A DNA stretch of 64,000 nt from Corallococcus sp. EGB (GTDB taxonomy: Bacteria; Myxococcota; Myxococcia; Myxococcales; Myxococcaceae). The position numbers and the translations under genes are program-made. Below the pieces are notes generated by a model that was not told the origin of the DNA, searched no databases, and saw only the letters and a program-made list of their open reading frames with translations. Shown piece after piece: positions 18,121 to 26,929 of the stretch (position 1 is its first letter; every line of letters starts with the position of its first letter). The DNA lies in NCBI RefSeq assembly GCF_019968905.1, contig NZ_CP079946.1:5729356-5793355 (forward strand), read 5' to 3'.

Positions 18121-20634
18121 CTAGTGGACCTCCGGAGGGGGCGCGCCCAGCTTCTCCAGCAGCTTCTCCACCGGATCGCTGTCCTGGCTGACGTCCGCCA
18201 TGGCGGCCCGATACTCGATGGACGTCACCTTCTCCACGTCCGGCATCAGGCGGTTGATGACCGTGCGCGCCGCGTCCGCGTTGCACTCGGGCAGCACCAC
18301 CGCGAAGACGCCCAGCCCCAGGTGGGCGATGGAGTCCGGGTGGCGCACGCGCTTGCGCATCACCTCCGCCATGTTGGGCGGCATGGCGTCCAGCTCGCGG
18401 TCCGGACGGAGCACCGCCAGCGTGAGGGCGCGGTGGTAGCGCCGGCTGCGGGCCACCTCCTGCTCCAGGCGCAGGAGCAGGCCGCGGCGGTCGAGCAGGC
18501 CCGTCACCGGGTCGCTGCCGGTGCGCCGCTGGAGCGAGTTCGTCTTGTCCTGCTGGTCCTTCTCCCCCTGGCGCAGCTTGAGCGCGCGCTCGGTGCGGTT
18601 GAGCAGCTCCACCGCGTTGAAGGGCTTGGCCATGTAGTCCACCGCGCCCAGGTTGAGCGCGCGGACCTTGTCGGCCACGCCCTGGTGGGCGGACAGGAGG
18701 ATGACGGGGATGTGCGCCGTGTCCGACGAGGACTTGAGCGCCATGGCCGCGTCCAGGCCGTCCAGCTTGGGCAGGAACACGTCCATCACCACCAGGTCCG
18801 GCCGGGACGCGCGCGCCTTCGCCAGGCCCTCCGCGCCGTCGCGCGCCACCTCCACGCGGTACTTCGAGCGCAGCACCTCCGACAGCACCGCGGCGATCTC
18901 CGGCTCGTCCTCCACCACCAGCACGCGCGGCTGCTCGGGGGCGGCGCCGGGAGCGGGCTGCGGCCGGGGGTTGCGCGCGGCCTCCTGCGCCAGCGGCAGC
19001 GTGAAGACGAAGGTGCAGCCGCCATCGGTCGGGCTCTCCGCCCAGATTTCACCGCCGTGCAGCTCCACGAACTCCTTGCAGATGGCCAGCCCCAGCCCCG
19101 TGCCCTTGGGCCCGTGGCGGTAGCGGTCGAAGACGAGGTGCAGCTCGTCCGGGGGGATGCCCACGCCGTTGTCGCTCACCATCACCCGCACCGCGTCGCC
19201 GTCCGGCCGCGACAGCCGCTGCGTGCGCACCACCACCACGCCCGGGTCCCTGGCGTGCTGGATGGCGTTGCTGATGAGGTTCTGCAGCACCTCGTGCAGC
19301 TTCACCTCGTCGCCAATGAGCATCAGGCTGTCGGGGCACTCGGAGCGCAGCGACACGGCCTTCTCCGCCGCGAGGATTTCGAGCTCCGCCACGGCGTCGC
19401 GGCACAGCTGCGCCACGTCCAGCACGCGCGGCTCGATGGACAGGCGCGCCGCCTCGCCCTTGCCCTTCTCCAGCAGGGACTCGACCAGGGTGAGGATCTT
19501 CCGGCCCTGGCGGATCATCGCCTCCGCGGACTGCTTCTGCTGCGCCTCCAGCGGCCCCTCCAGCAGGAGCCGGCCGTGCCCCAGGAGCACCTGGAGCGGC
19601 GCGCGCAGGTCGTGGCTGCACACCGCGATGATCTCGTCCTTGAGGCGGTTGAGCTCCTTCAGGCGGCGGTTCGCGTCGTTGAGCTCGCGGTAGCGCTCCA
19701 CGTACGCCAGCTCCAGGTCCTCGCGCTTCTTCTTCACCGCCGTGTGCAGGCGCGCGTTGCGGATGGAGTTGGCGAGCACGCCCGCCACGGCTTCCGCGAA
19801 CTCCTGCTCGTCGCGCCCGATGGACGCCTCGCCCTTGGACACGCGCAGGAAGAGCGCGCCCAACAGGTCGTCCTGGCAGATGAGCGGCTGCACCAGGATG
19901 GACTTCACGCCTTCCGGCAACAGCGAGGTGCGCACCTCCGCCATCAGCGGGTCGCGCTGCGCCTCTTCAATCAGCACGGGCTGCCGCGTCTCCAGCGCGC
20001 GGCGCAGCTCCGGATAGCGCGCCACCTCGATGTCCAGCTGGACGAGGCTGGGGTCCTCCTGCGTCGCGACGACCGTGGCCGTGCGCGCGTGGCTGCCCTC
20101 CACCAGCACCACGGAGCAGCGGTCCGTGCCCGTCACCTGGCCGACCTTCTCCACCGCGATGCGGAGGATCTCCTCCAGCTCCAGGGAGCTGGTGGCCGCC
20201 TGGGTGATTTCGAGCAGCATCCCCATGCGCATGCGGATGCGCTCCTCGCGCTCCTTCAGGCGCCAGGCGCGCAGGGCGGACTCCAGCCGGGGCACCAGTT
20301 CGTCCGCGCCGCGCACGAAGTCGTCCACCGCCAGCCGCTTGAAGGCCTCCGCCGAGCGCGCGCGGCCCTGATCCACCAGCACCGGCAGGCGCTGGAGCTT
20401 GTCCGTCTTGCGCACCGTCTCCAGCAGCTCCGCGGCCCGCTTGGCCGTCACGGCCAGGAGCACCACCTCCGGCTGGAGCTGATCCACCATCTCCGCCAAC
20501 CCGGTCTCCCGCTCCGTGGAGGCGCACTGGTAGCCACTCGCCGTGAGCCGCTCCACCAACGCGTCACCCGCGGCCTTCGCCGCGAGCACCAGCACCCGCC
20601 CCCGCTGCTCCGACGACAACATCTCGATCCTCAC
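18121..20634 (-). CDS. Hybrid sensor histidine kinase/response regulator: pseudo-receiver, GAF, HisKA, HATPase, REC, and a C-terminal degenerate GGDEF domain
   Basis: H-box AVCSHDLRAPLQ, G-box SDNGVGIP...GTGLGLAI, receiver VLVVEDEP...DLVVMDVFLPKLDGL, GGDEF-like GLLDRRGLLLRLEQEV...LTLAVLRPD with an HLGLGVF degenerate active-site motif. Confidence 0.8.
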   Translation of the reverse strand: MRIEMLSSEQRGRVLVLAAKAAGDALVERLTASGYQCASTERETGLAEMVDQLQPEVVLLAVTAKRAAELLETVRKTDKLQRLPVLVDQGRARSAEAFKRLAVDDFVRGADELVPRLESALRAWRLKEREERIRMRMGMLLEITQAATSSLELEEILRIAVEKVGQVTGTDRCSVVLVEGSHARTATVVATQEDPSLVQLDIEVARYPELRRALETRQPVLIEEAQRDPLMAEVRTSLLPEGVKSILVQPLICQDDLLGALFLRVSKGEASIGRDEQEFAEAVAGVLANSIRNARLHTAVKKKREDLELAYVERYRELNDANRRLKELNRLKDEIIAVCSHDLRAPLQVLLGHGRLLLEGPLEAQQKQSAEAMIRQGRKILTLVESLLEKGKGEAARLSIEPRVLDVAQLCRDAVAELEILAAEKAVSLRSECPDSLMLIGDEVKLHEVLQNLISNAIQHARDPGVVVVRTQRLSRPDGDAVRVMVSDNGVGIPPDELHLVFDRYRHGPKGTGLGLAICKEFVELHGGEIWAESPTDGGCTFVFTLPLAQEAARNPRPQPAPGAAPEQPRVLVVEDEPEIAAVLSEVLRSKYRVEVARDGAEGLAKARASRPDLVVMDVFLPKLDGLDAAMALKSSSDTAHIPVILLSAHQGVADKVRALNLGAVDYMAKPFNAVELLNRTERALKLRQGEKDQQDKTNSLQRRTGSDPVTGLLDRRGLLLRLEQEVARSRRYHRALTLAVLRPDRELDAMPPNMAEVMRKRVRHPDSIAHLGLGVFAVVLPECNADAARTVINRLMPDVEKVTSIEYRAAMADVSQDSDPVEKLLEKLGAPPPEVH

Positions 20635-21079
20635 GGCGCGCCTCCGCCCCGCCCAGACAGGGAACGACGCCGCGGAAACCCGTTGGGTGCGAAAGGGGTC
20701 ATGGTCGATTCCGGATCATGCCGTCTAACCCGTCCGCGGGCCAGCGGATGAACGGGACTCTCCTCAAGCGAGAGGGGTGGGAAAAGGCGTGCGACGTATA
20801 CCCCGGCCCGGCTTCCTTCCTCCGGAATCCCGCGCGCACATGACGGTCCGATGACCGGAAACCGCCCGCCCCAGCCCTTGAAGGGATGGAACGCCGCGAA
20901 AACAGCGGCGCTGTTACTTTCTTCCCCCACCACTCCCACCGGTCGGCCGGTGGCTGGGCGGGCGGGCAGGAGTCGCGGGGAGGTTTCCGGGGCCTTCGCG
21001 ATCAGGATTCGGTCCAGGGACAGGCCCGGGGGCCGTGGCCCCGCCCGCTTCCCGAGGGAGCGCGGTAGAGTGTGGAACC

Positions 21080-22642
21080 ATGCACTCCGCTCCTTCGCGC
21101 CCGTTCGCGCCGCGGGCCTTCCTGGCCACACTGAACTTCTGCGCCTCCATGCTCGCCGCCTGTGGGGGCGAGAAGCCGGCGCCCATCCCGGACCCGCCGA
21201 CGGTGACGCTCACCGTGCCGCAGCCCAACACGGCGGCCCCCTCGCTGACGGTGCGGATCATCGTGTCCGGGTGTGACGCCGTGTCGCGGGTGGACATCTA
21301 CGACCGGGACACGTTCCTCAAGTCCGTTGCGTACACCAGCGGGTCCATGGACTTCGAGCTGGAGAAGAACGAAATCAAGTACGACCGCGGGCTCGCCGTG
21401 GGGCTGTCGCTCAACGCGCGGGCGACGTGCGCGGACGGCCGGGCGAACGTGTCCCAGCCGCAGGCGGCCACGTTCCTGCCGGTGGCGAAGGTCATCAAGG
21501 ATCCGGACCCCAACGGCCAGGTGGTGACGGACTTCTTCATCGCCGAGGGCAGCGGCACGAACGTCTCCTTCCTCGGCTGCGGCAACCCCACCACGGGCTC
21601 CGGCACGCTCTACCGCGTGGACTCGGCGGGTGTGGTGCGCAACTCGGTGTCGATGGGCATCCCGTGCACCACGGACACGGTCATCACCGCCGTCAACAAG
21701 GTCAGCAAGAAGCGGTGGGTCTGGACGCCCGGCATCGGCGCGATCGCCGTGGACGACAACTTCGTCATCACCGGCCGGACGGCGACCACCTACGCGCCGG
21801 AGCGCTTCTCCGTCATGGACGACGGGGACGCGCTCGTCATCAATGGCATCAACGTCTCGCGGCTCAATCACACCTCGACGAACGGCGCGTTCCAGTGGAC
21901 GCACCAGTCGTCGTGGCGGCCCGTCGGGCCGGCCCAGCAGAAGGGGGCGCAGGTGGTGTTCCCCATGGCCCGTGTGCCCAACGAGGCCTCGCCCTCGCTT
22001 CTGGAGCTCGTGGTCGTGACGCTGGATGCCAACACCACCGGGGACAAGGTGCCCCTGGTGCAGGAGAAGGCCATCACCCAGTATCAGGGCGACACCAGCT
22101 CGCCGCCCCCCATCGCGCTCAGCGCGGACGGCCGGACCATCTTCCTGGCGCTCGCGTTCGCGAACAACCAGTCGCGGGTGCAGGCCTGCTCCGCGGAGGT
22201 GGCGGGCTGCGAGGGCAGCGCGCTCAAGTGGATGAGCACCACGTTCCCGGTGCCGACGAACTTCCTGCTGCCCTTCTACGCGGGCACGCGGCTGGCGGTC
22301 ATCGGCACGCAGCGCGTGTGGTTCCTGGATACGGCGAACGGGCTCGTCACCAACAAGGGCGGCACGTCGGTGGACGCCTCCGGACAGCTTCGCATCCTCC
22401 AGGCGCAGCTGGGCCAGCCCACGAGCCCGGAGTTCTACCTGCTCGCCGGTTCGGGCCAGGGCGGCGCCCTGCCGGTGGAGATCGTCGCGGTGGACACCGC
22501 GGAGAACGGCGAGCTGTTCCGCTACGAGGTCTCCAGCAGCCTGTCCTGCTCCGTGGATGACAGCGGCCGGCTGTGGATGCGTGTGGGCAACAACCTGGTC
22601 CAGGCGCTCACGCTGCCGGAGTACCGCGCCGTCAAGAAGTGA
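21080..22642 (+). CDS. Hypothetical secreted lipoprotein, possibly beta-propeller or Ig-like. Start at MHSAPSRPF
   Basis: Signal peptide with lipobox MLAACGG; Thr/Ser/Gly-rich ordinary composition; about 445 bp divergent intergenic region upstream. Confidence 0.6.
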   Translation: MHSAPSRPFAPRAFLATLNFCASMLAACGGEKPAPIPDPPTVTLTVPQPNTAAPSLTVRIIVSGCDAVSRVDIYDRDTFLKSVAYTSGSMDFELEKNEIKYDRGLAVGLSLNARATCADGRANVSQPQAATFLPVAKVIKDPDPNGQVVTDFFIAEGSGTNVSFLGCGNPTTGSGTLYRVDSAGVVRNSVSMGIPCTTDTVITAVNKVSKKRWVWTPGIGAIAVDDNFVITGRTATTYAPERFSVMDDGDALVINGINVSRLNHTSTNGAFQWTHQSSWRPVGPAQQKGAQVVFPMARVPNEASPSLLELVVVTLDANTTGDKVPLVQEKAITQYQGDTSSPPPIALSADGRTIFLALAFANNQSRVQACSAEVAGCEGSALKWMSTTFPVPTNFLLPFYAGTRLAVIGTQRVWFLDTANGLVTNKGGTSVDASGQLRILQAQLGQPTSPEFYLLAGSGQGGALPVEIVAVDTAENGELFRYEVSSSLSCSVDDSGRLWMRVGNNLVQALTLPEYRAVKK

Positions 22643-22652
22643 CGGACGGCCC

Positions 22653-23393
22653 TCAGGGCCTGTCGGCGACGAGGAGCGCCTCCACGTTGCCGGCGGGCCC
22701 GGGCACGGGCGAGTCCATCACCCCGCGCACGGTGAGGCCGTGCTCGCGCACGAAGGCCGTCACCGTGTCGATGGCGTCCTGGCGCGCCTGTGGGTCGCGC
22801 ACCACGCCGCCCTTGCCCACCCGCTCCGGGCCCACCTCGAACTGGGGCTTCACCAGGGCGATGAGCAGCCCGCCCGGTGAGAGGAACCGCAGCACCGACG
22901 GCAGCACCTGGGTGAGCGAGATGAAGCTCACGTCGATGACGACCACGCCCACCTCCTCCGGCAGGTCCTCGTCCGTCAGGTAGCGCGCGTTGACACGCTC
23001 GCGCGAGCGCACGCGTGGGTCGACGCGCAGCTTCTCGTGGAGCTGGCCATAGCCCACGTCGATGGCGTGCACCCGCACCGCGCCGTGCTGGAGCAGGCAG
23101 TCCGTGAAGCCGCCGGTGCTGGCGCCGATGTCCGCGCCCACGCGGCCCGTCACATCCAGGCCGAAGCGGTCCATGGCCGCCTTGAGCTTGAGGCCGCCAC
23201 GCGACACGTAGGGCAGCACCTCGCCCTTGAGGCGCAGCTCCGCGTCCACGGGGACCAGCGAGCCCGGCTTGTCCACGCGCTGATCCGCCACCACCACCTG
23301 GCCGGCGAGGATGAGCGCCTGGGCCTTGGTGCGCGACTCGGCGAGCCCGCGCTCCACCACCAGCACATCCAGCCGCTCCTTCTTCGGCTTCAC
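22653..23393 (-). CDS. tlyA: TlyA-family 16S/23S rRNA (cytidine-2'-O)-methyltransferase (hemolysin A). GTG start whose bases overlap the dxs stop
   Basis: S4 domain RLDVLVVERGLAESRTKAQALILAG plus FtsJ-like MTase motif VGADIGASTGGFTDCLLQHGA; the track's N-terminal 88 aa are an artefact overlapping dxs. Confidence 0.8.
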   Translation of the reverse strand: MKPKKERLDVLVVERGLAESRTKAQALILAGQVVVADQRVDKPGSLVPVDAELRLKGEVLPYVSRGGLKLKAAMDRFGLDVTGRVGADIGASTGGFTDCLLQHGAVRVHAIDVGYGQLHEKLRVDPRVRSRERVNARYLTDEDLPEEVGVVVIDVSFISLTQVLPSVLRFLSPGGLLIALVKPQFEVGPERVGKGGVVRDPQARQDAIDTVTAFVREHGLTVRGVMDSPVPGPAGNVEALLVADRP

Positions 23394-25234
23394 CGGCTCT
23401 CCTCTCCGAGCAGCGCCCGGCCCGCGCGCCGCAGGCCCGCCGCGTCCAGTCCCAGCTGCGCGCGCTGCACCCGCGCGTCCCCGTGCGGCAGGAACACGTC
23501 CGGCATGCCCAGGAGGGTCACCCGCGGGGAGACACCCGACGCCGCGTACAGCTCCAGCACCGCGCTGCCCAGGCCGCCCCGGATGGTGCCCTCCTCCGCC
23601 ACCACCACGTGCCCGCCCGCCGCGGCTTCCAAAAGCGCCGCTTCGTCCAGGGGCCACGCCCGGCGCGCGTCCAGCACGCTCCAGTCCGGTTCGGACCGAG
23701 CGGCCTCCAGCGCGGACAGGCCCAGCGGCCCGAGCGTCACCAGCGTCAGCCGCGAACCGGGCACGCGCTTCAGCCAGCGGGCACCCATCATGGGGAACGC
23801 ACCCGGCGTCGCCAGCGAAGCCGCGGAGCCCGTCGCCCCGCGCGCGTCGTCTGCCTCTTGGAGGTGCGAGGACGGGCCCGGCGCCTCACCCAGCCCCCGC
23901 GCCAGCTCCGGCGGGACGTCCGGCAGCGTGCCGCGAGGAAAGCGCAGCACGGACGGCCCGGGCGCCTGGAGCGCGGCGGCGAGCATGGGCGCCATGTCGT
24001 CGCCCACCACCGGAGCCCACTGCGTGAGGCCCGGCAGCGGCCGGAGGAAGGACACGTCGTAGGCGCCCTGGTGCGTGGCGCCGTCCGCGCCCACCAACCC
24101 CGCCCGGTCCACCGCGAAGACGACGGGCAGCCCCGGCAGGCACACGTCATGGACCACCTGGTCGTACGCGCGCTGGAGGAAGGTGGAGTAGATGACACAC
24201 ACCGGCTTCGCCCCCGCCGCGGCCAGCCCGGCGCAGAACGTCACCGCGTGCTGCTCGGCGATGCCCACGTCGTGCACGCGGTCCGGGAAGCGTGCCTTCA
24301 GGCCCGTGAGCGCGCTACCCTCCAGCATCGCGGGCGTCACCGCCACCACGCGAGGGTCGCGCTCCAGCGCGTCGCCCAGCACCTGGGCGAAGGCCTCGCT
24401 GAACGTCGCCCGCCCCCCGCGAGAGCGCACGAGCTTGCCGTCGCGCCACTCGTAGGGCCCCATCGCGTGGCCGCGCGTCTGCTCGTCGGCCTCGGCGGGC
24501 GGGAAGCCGCGCCCCTTCTGCGTCAGCGTGTGCACCACCACCGGACGCGACGACGCCTTCGCCTCGCGCAGCGCGCGCGTGAGGGCGCCCAGGTCGTGCC
24601 CGTCCACCGGGCCCAGGTAGGTGAAGCCCAGCGACTCGAAGAAGGCGCGGGCATTGCGCGTGCGCAGGAGCGCGGGGATGGCGCCCACGTTCGCGCTGAT
24701 GGACATCTGGTTGTCGTTGAGCACCACCACGAGCGGCAGCGGGCTGCCCCCCGCGTTGTTGAGCCCCTCGAAGCTCAGGCCTCCGGTGAGCGCGCCGTCG
24801 CCCACCACCGCCACCACGTGCCCTGTGTGGCCCAGCTGCCTGCGGCCCGCGAGCAGCCCCAGCGCCGCGGAGATGGCCGTGCACGCGTGGCCCGCCGCCA
24901 GCGCGTCGTGGGGGCTTTCGCGCGGGTCCAGGAACGGCGCGATGCCGCCCGCCTGCCGCAGCGTGTGCATGCGCTCGCGCCGGCCGGTGAGCAGCTTGTG
25001 CGCGTACGCCTGGTGCCCCACGTCGAAGAGCAGCGCGTCCTGCGGCGTGTGGAAGACCCGGTGCAGGGCCACCACCAGCTCCACCGCGCCCAGCGACGCC
25101 CCCAGGTGGCCGCCTACCCGGCCGCAGGTGGTGATGATGGCCTCGCGCAGCGCCTCGCACAGGCCGGGCAGCGCGTCCTCGGGGAGCGCGCGCACGTCCG
25201 CGGGTGAAGCCACACCGGACAGCACGTCCGTCAT
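23390..25234 (-). CDS. dxs: 1-deoxy-D-xylulose-5-phosphate synthase with an unusual insertion of about 40 aa
   Basis: TPP-binding GDGALTGG, HQAYAHK, transketolase pyrimidine-binding and C-terminal domains; insertion GLGEAPGPSSHLQEADDARGATGSAASLATPGAFPMMGA. Confidence 0.9.
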   Translation of the reverse strand: MTDVLSGVASPADVRALPEDALPGLCEALREAIITTCGRVGGHLGASLGAVELVVALHRVFHTPQDALLFDVGHQAYAHKLLTGRRERMHTLRQAGGIAPFLDPRESPHDALAAGHACTAISAALGLLAGRRQLGHTGHVVAVVGDGALTGGLSFEGLNNAGGSPLPLVVVLNDNQMSISANVGAIPALLRTRNARAFFESLGFTYLGPVDGHDLGALTRALREAKASSRPVVVHTLTQKGRGFPPAEADEQTRGHAMGPYEWRDGKLVRSRGGRATFSEAFAQVLGDALERDPRVVAVTPAMLEGSALTGLKARFPDRVHDVGIAEQHAVTFCAGLAAAGAKPVCVIYSTFLQRAYDQVVHDVCLPGLPVVFAVDRAGLVGADGATHQGAYDVSFLRPLPGLTQWAPVVGDDMAPMLAAALQAPGPSVLRFPRGTLPDVPPELARGLGEAPGPSSHLQEADDARGATGSAASLATPGAFPMMGARWLKRVPGSRLTLVTLGPLGLSALEAARSEPDWSVLDARRAWPLDEAALLEAAAGGHVVVAEEGTIRGGLGSAVLELYAASGVSPRVTLLGMPDVFLPHGDARVQRAQLGLDAAGLRRAGRALLGEESR

Positions 25235-26127
25235 CAGGACTTCCGCTCCACCGTGTAGCGCGCCAGCGCCGCCAGCGGACCGCCCTCGCCCTCCAGCGGG
25301 CGCACCGCCGCCGCCGCGCGGGCCACCAGCTCCGCGGCCATGCGGCGCGACTCGTCCAGCCCCACCACCGCGGGGAACGTGAAGCGCCCGGCCTCCGCGT
25401 CCGCGCCCACCGGCTTGCCCATGGCCTCCGCGCTCGACGTCACGTCCAGCACGTCGTCGGCGATTTGGAACGCCAGGCCCACCGCTTCGCCATAGGTCAC
25501 CGCGCTCGCGAGCGCCGCCGCGTCACCGCCCGCCGCCAGCACGCCCATCCGGCACGCCGCGAGGATGAGCGCGCCCGTCTTCAGCCGGTGCAGCCGCAGG
25601 AGGTAGTCCAGCGTCGGGGCCCGGTCGTCCGCGATGTCCAGCACCTGGCCACCCACCATCCCCGCCGCGCCCGACGCGCGCGCCAGCTCCGCGCACAGCG
25701 TGCCGCGCACCGGCTCCGGACCGGAGGCGAGCAGCGTGAAGGCCTCCGTGAGCAGCGCGTCCCCGGCCAGCAGCGCCACCGGCTCGCCGTAGACCTTGTG
25801 GTTCGTGGGCCGGCCCCGGCGCAGGTCGTCGTTGTCCATGGCGGGCAGGTCGTCGTGCACCAGCGAATACGTGTGCACGTACTCCAGGGCGCACGCCGCA
25901 TCCAACACCACGGCGTTGTCGGTGCTCGCCTTCGCCACCGCGTCCGCGAACGCCAGGCACAGCACGGGGCGCAGCCGCTTGCCGCCCGCGAGCAGCGAGT
26001 AGCGCATGGACTCCGCCAGCCGCGGCGGCGTGCCCGCGGAGCCCCAGCGGTCCGCGCGTTCGAGCAGGAGCGCCTCCACCCGCGACTGATGCATGCGCAT
26101 GAAGGGTTCCAGGTTGAAGACGGCCAT
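25234..26127 (-). CDS. ispA: Polyprenyl diphosphate synthase (farnesyl/geranylgeranyl diphosphate synthase)
   Basis: First DDxxD motif LVHDDLPAMDNDDLRRGRPT and second FQIADDVLD; start overlaps dxs (ATGA). Confidence 0.85.
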   Translation of the reverse strand: MAVFNLEPFMRMHQSRVEALLLERADRWGSAGTPPRLAESMRYSLLAGGKRLRPVLCLAFADAVAKASTDNAVVLDAACALEYVHTYSLVHDDLPAMDNDDLRRGRPTNHKVYGEPVALLAGDALLTEAFTLLASGPEPVRGTLCAELARASGAAGMVGGQVLDIADDRAPTLDYLLRLHRLKTGALILAACRMGVLAAGGDAAALASAVTYGEAVGLAFQIADDVLDVTSSAEAMGKPVGADAEAGRFTFPAVVGLDESRRMAAELVARAAAAVRPLEGEGGPLAALARYTVERKS

Positions 26128-26132
26128 TGGCG

Positions 26133-26522
26133 TCAGGGCTCCTTCGCCACGTCGGCGGGGATGAGTTCACGGATGCGCTTGACGAGCGCATCCAGCTCCA
26201 GCGGCTTCACGAAGTAGTCGGCCGCGCCGACCTCCATGCCGCGCCGCTTGTCCTCCGGGTCTCCCCGCCCGCTGATGAAGATGATGGGGATGTCCCGGAA
26301 CTGCTTGTTCTGCTTCACGGCCTGGCACAGCTCGAAGCCGTTGATCCAGGACATGTTCACGTCCAGGAGGATGGCATGCGGCCGGTGCAGCTCCAGCGAC
26401 GCCACGAGCCGCAGGCCATTGGCCGCGGACATGACCTCGAACCCCTCGGCTCCCAGGGCCTCGGCGAGCAGTTCGCGCGTGTCGCGGTCGTCATCGACAA
26501 TCGTAATCTTCGGCTTCGACAT
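26133..26522 (-). CDS. Single-domain response regulator (CheY-like receiver)
   Basis: DD pair near the N-terminus (VDDDRD), phosphoacceptor in ILLDVNM, conserved K in FVKP. Confidence 0.75.
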   Translation of the reverse strand: MSKPKITIVDDDRDTRELLAEALGAEGFEVMSAANGLRLVASLELHRPHAILLDVNMSWINGFELCQAVKQNKQFRDIPIIFISGRGDPEDKRRGMEVGAADYFVKPLELDALVKRIRELIPADVAKEP

Positions 26523-26549
26523 GCCCGGCCTCCGCCCTTCCCCTGGTGA

Positions 26550-26888
26550 CTAGAACGGGACATCGTCCTCCGGCGGCGGACGCGCCGGAGCGGCCGTCCG
26601 GGGGGCGGCCTGGGGAGCGGGCCGGGCCGCCACCGCCAGCGGCGCGGCCACGTCCTGGCCGTCCTCGTCCACCAGCAGCTGTTCGATGCGCTGCTCGGCC
26701 TCCGTGAGCAGCTTCTCGCCCCGGCGCACGAGGCGGATGCCCTCCTCGAACGCCTTGAGCGACTCCTCCAGCGACAGGTCGCCGCTTTCCAGCCGCGCCA
26801 CCGTCTCTTCCAGGCGCGACACCACGTCCCCGTACTGCTCCGGAGCGGGCTCCACCTTGGGGTTCTTGTCCGACTTCGCCACGGCCAT
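26550..26888 (-). CDS. xseB: Exodeoxyribonuclease VII small subunit
   Basis: FEEGIRLVRRGEKLLTEAEQRIEQL motif typical of XseB; adjacent to xseA. Confidence 0.8.
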   Translation of the reverse strand: MAVAKSDKNPKVEPAPEQYGDVVSRLEETVARLESGDLSLEESLKAFEEGIRLVRRGEKLLTEAEQRIEQLLVDEDGQDVAAPLAVAARPAPQAAPRTAAPARPPPEDDVPF

Positions 26889-26929
26889 CCACCTCCCCGA
26901 GCGGGGCGCGGAATGTAGAGGGTGGCCCG

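Noticed and set aside
16288-20751. 1487-aa ORF on the plus strand
   Set aside because: Arg/Ala/Gly/Leu-dominated low-complexity translation lying antisense to two clearly real minus-strand genes (TPR protein and hybrid kinase). This is the typical GC-rich antisense-frame artefact.
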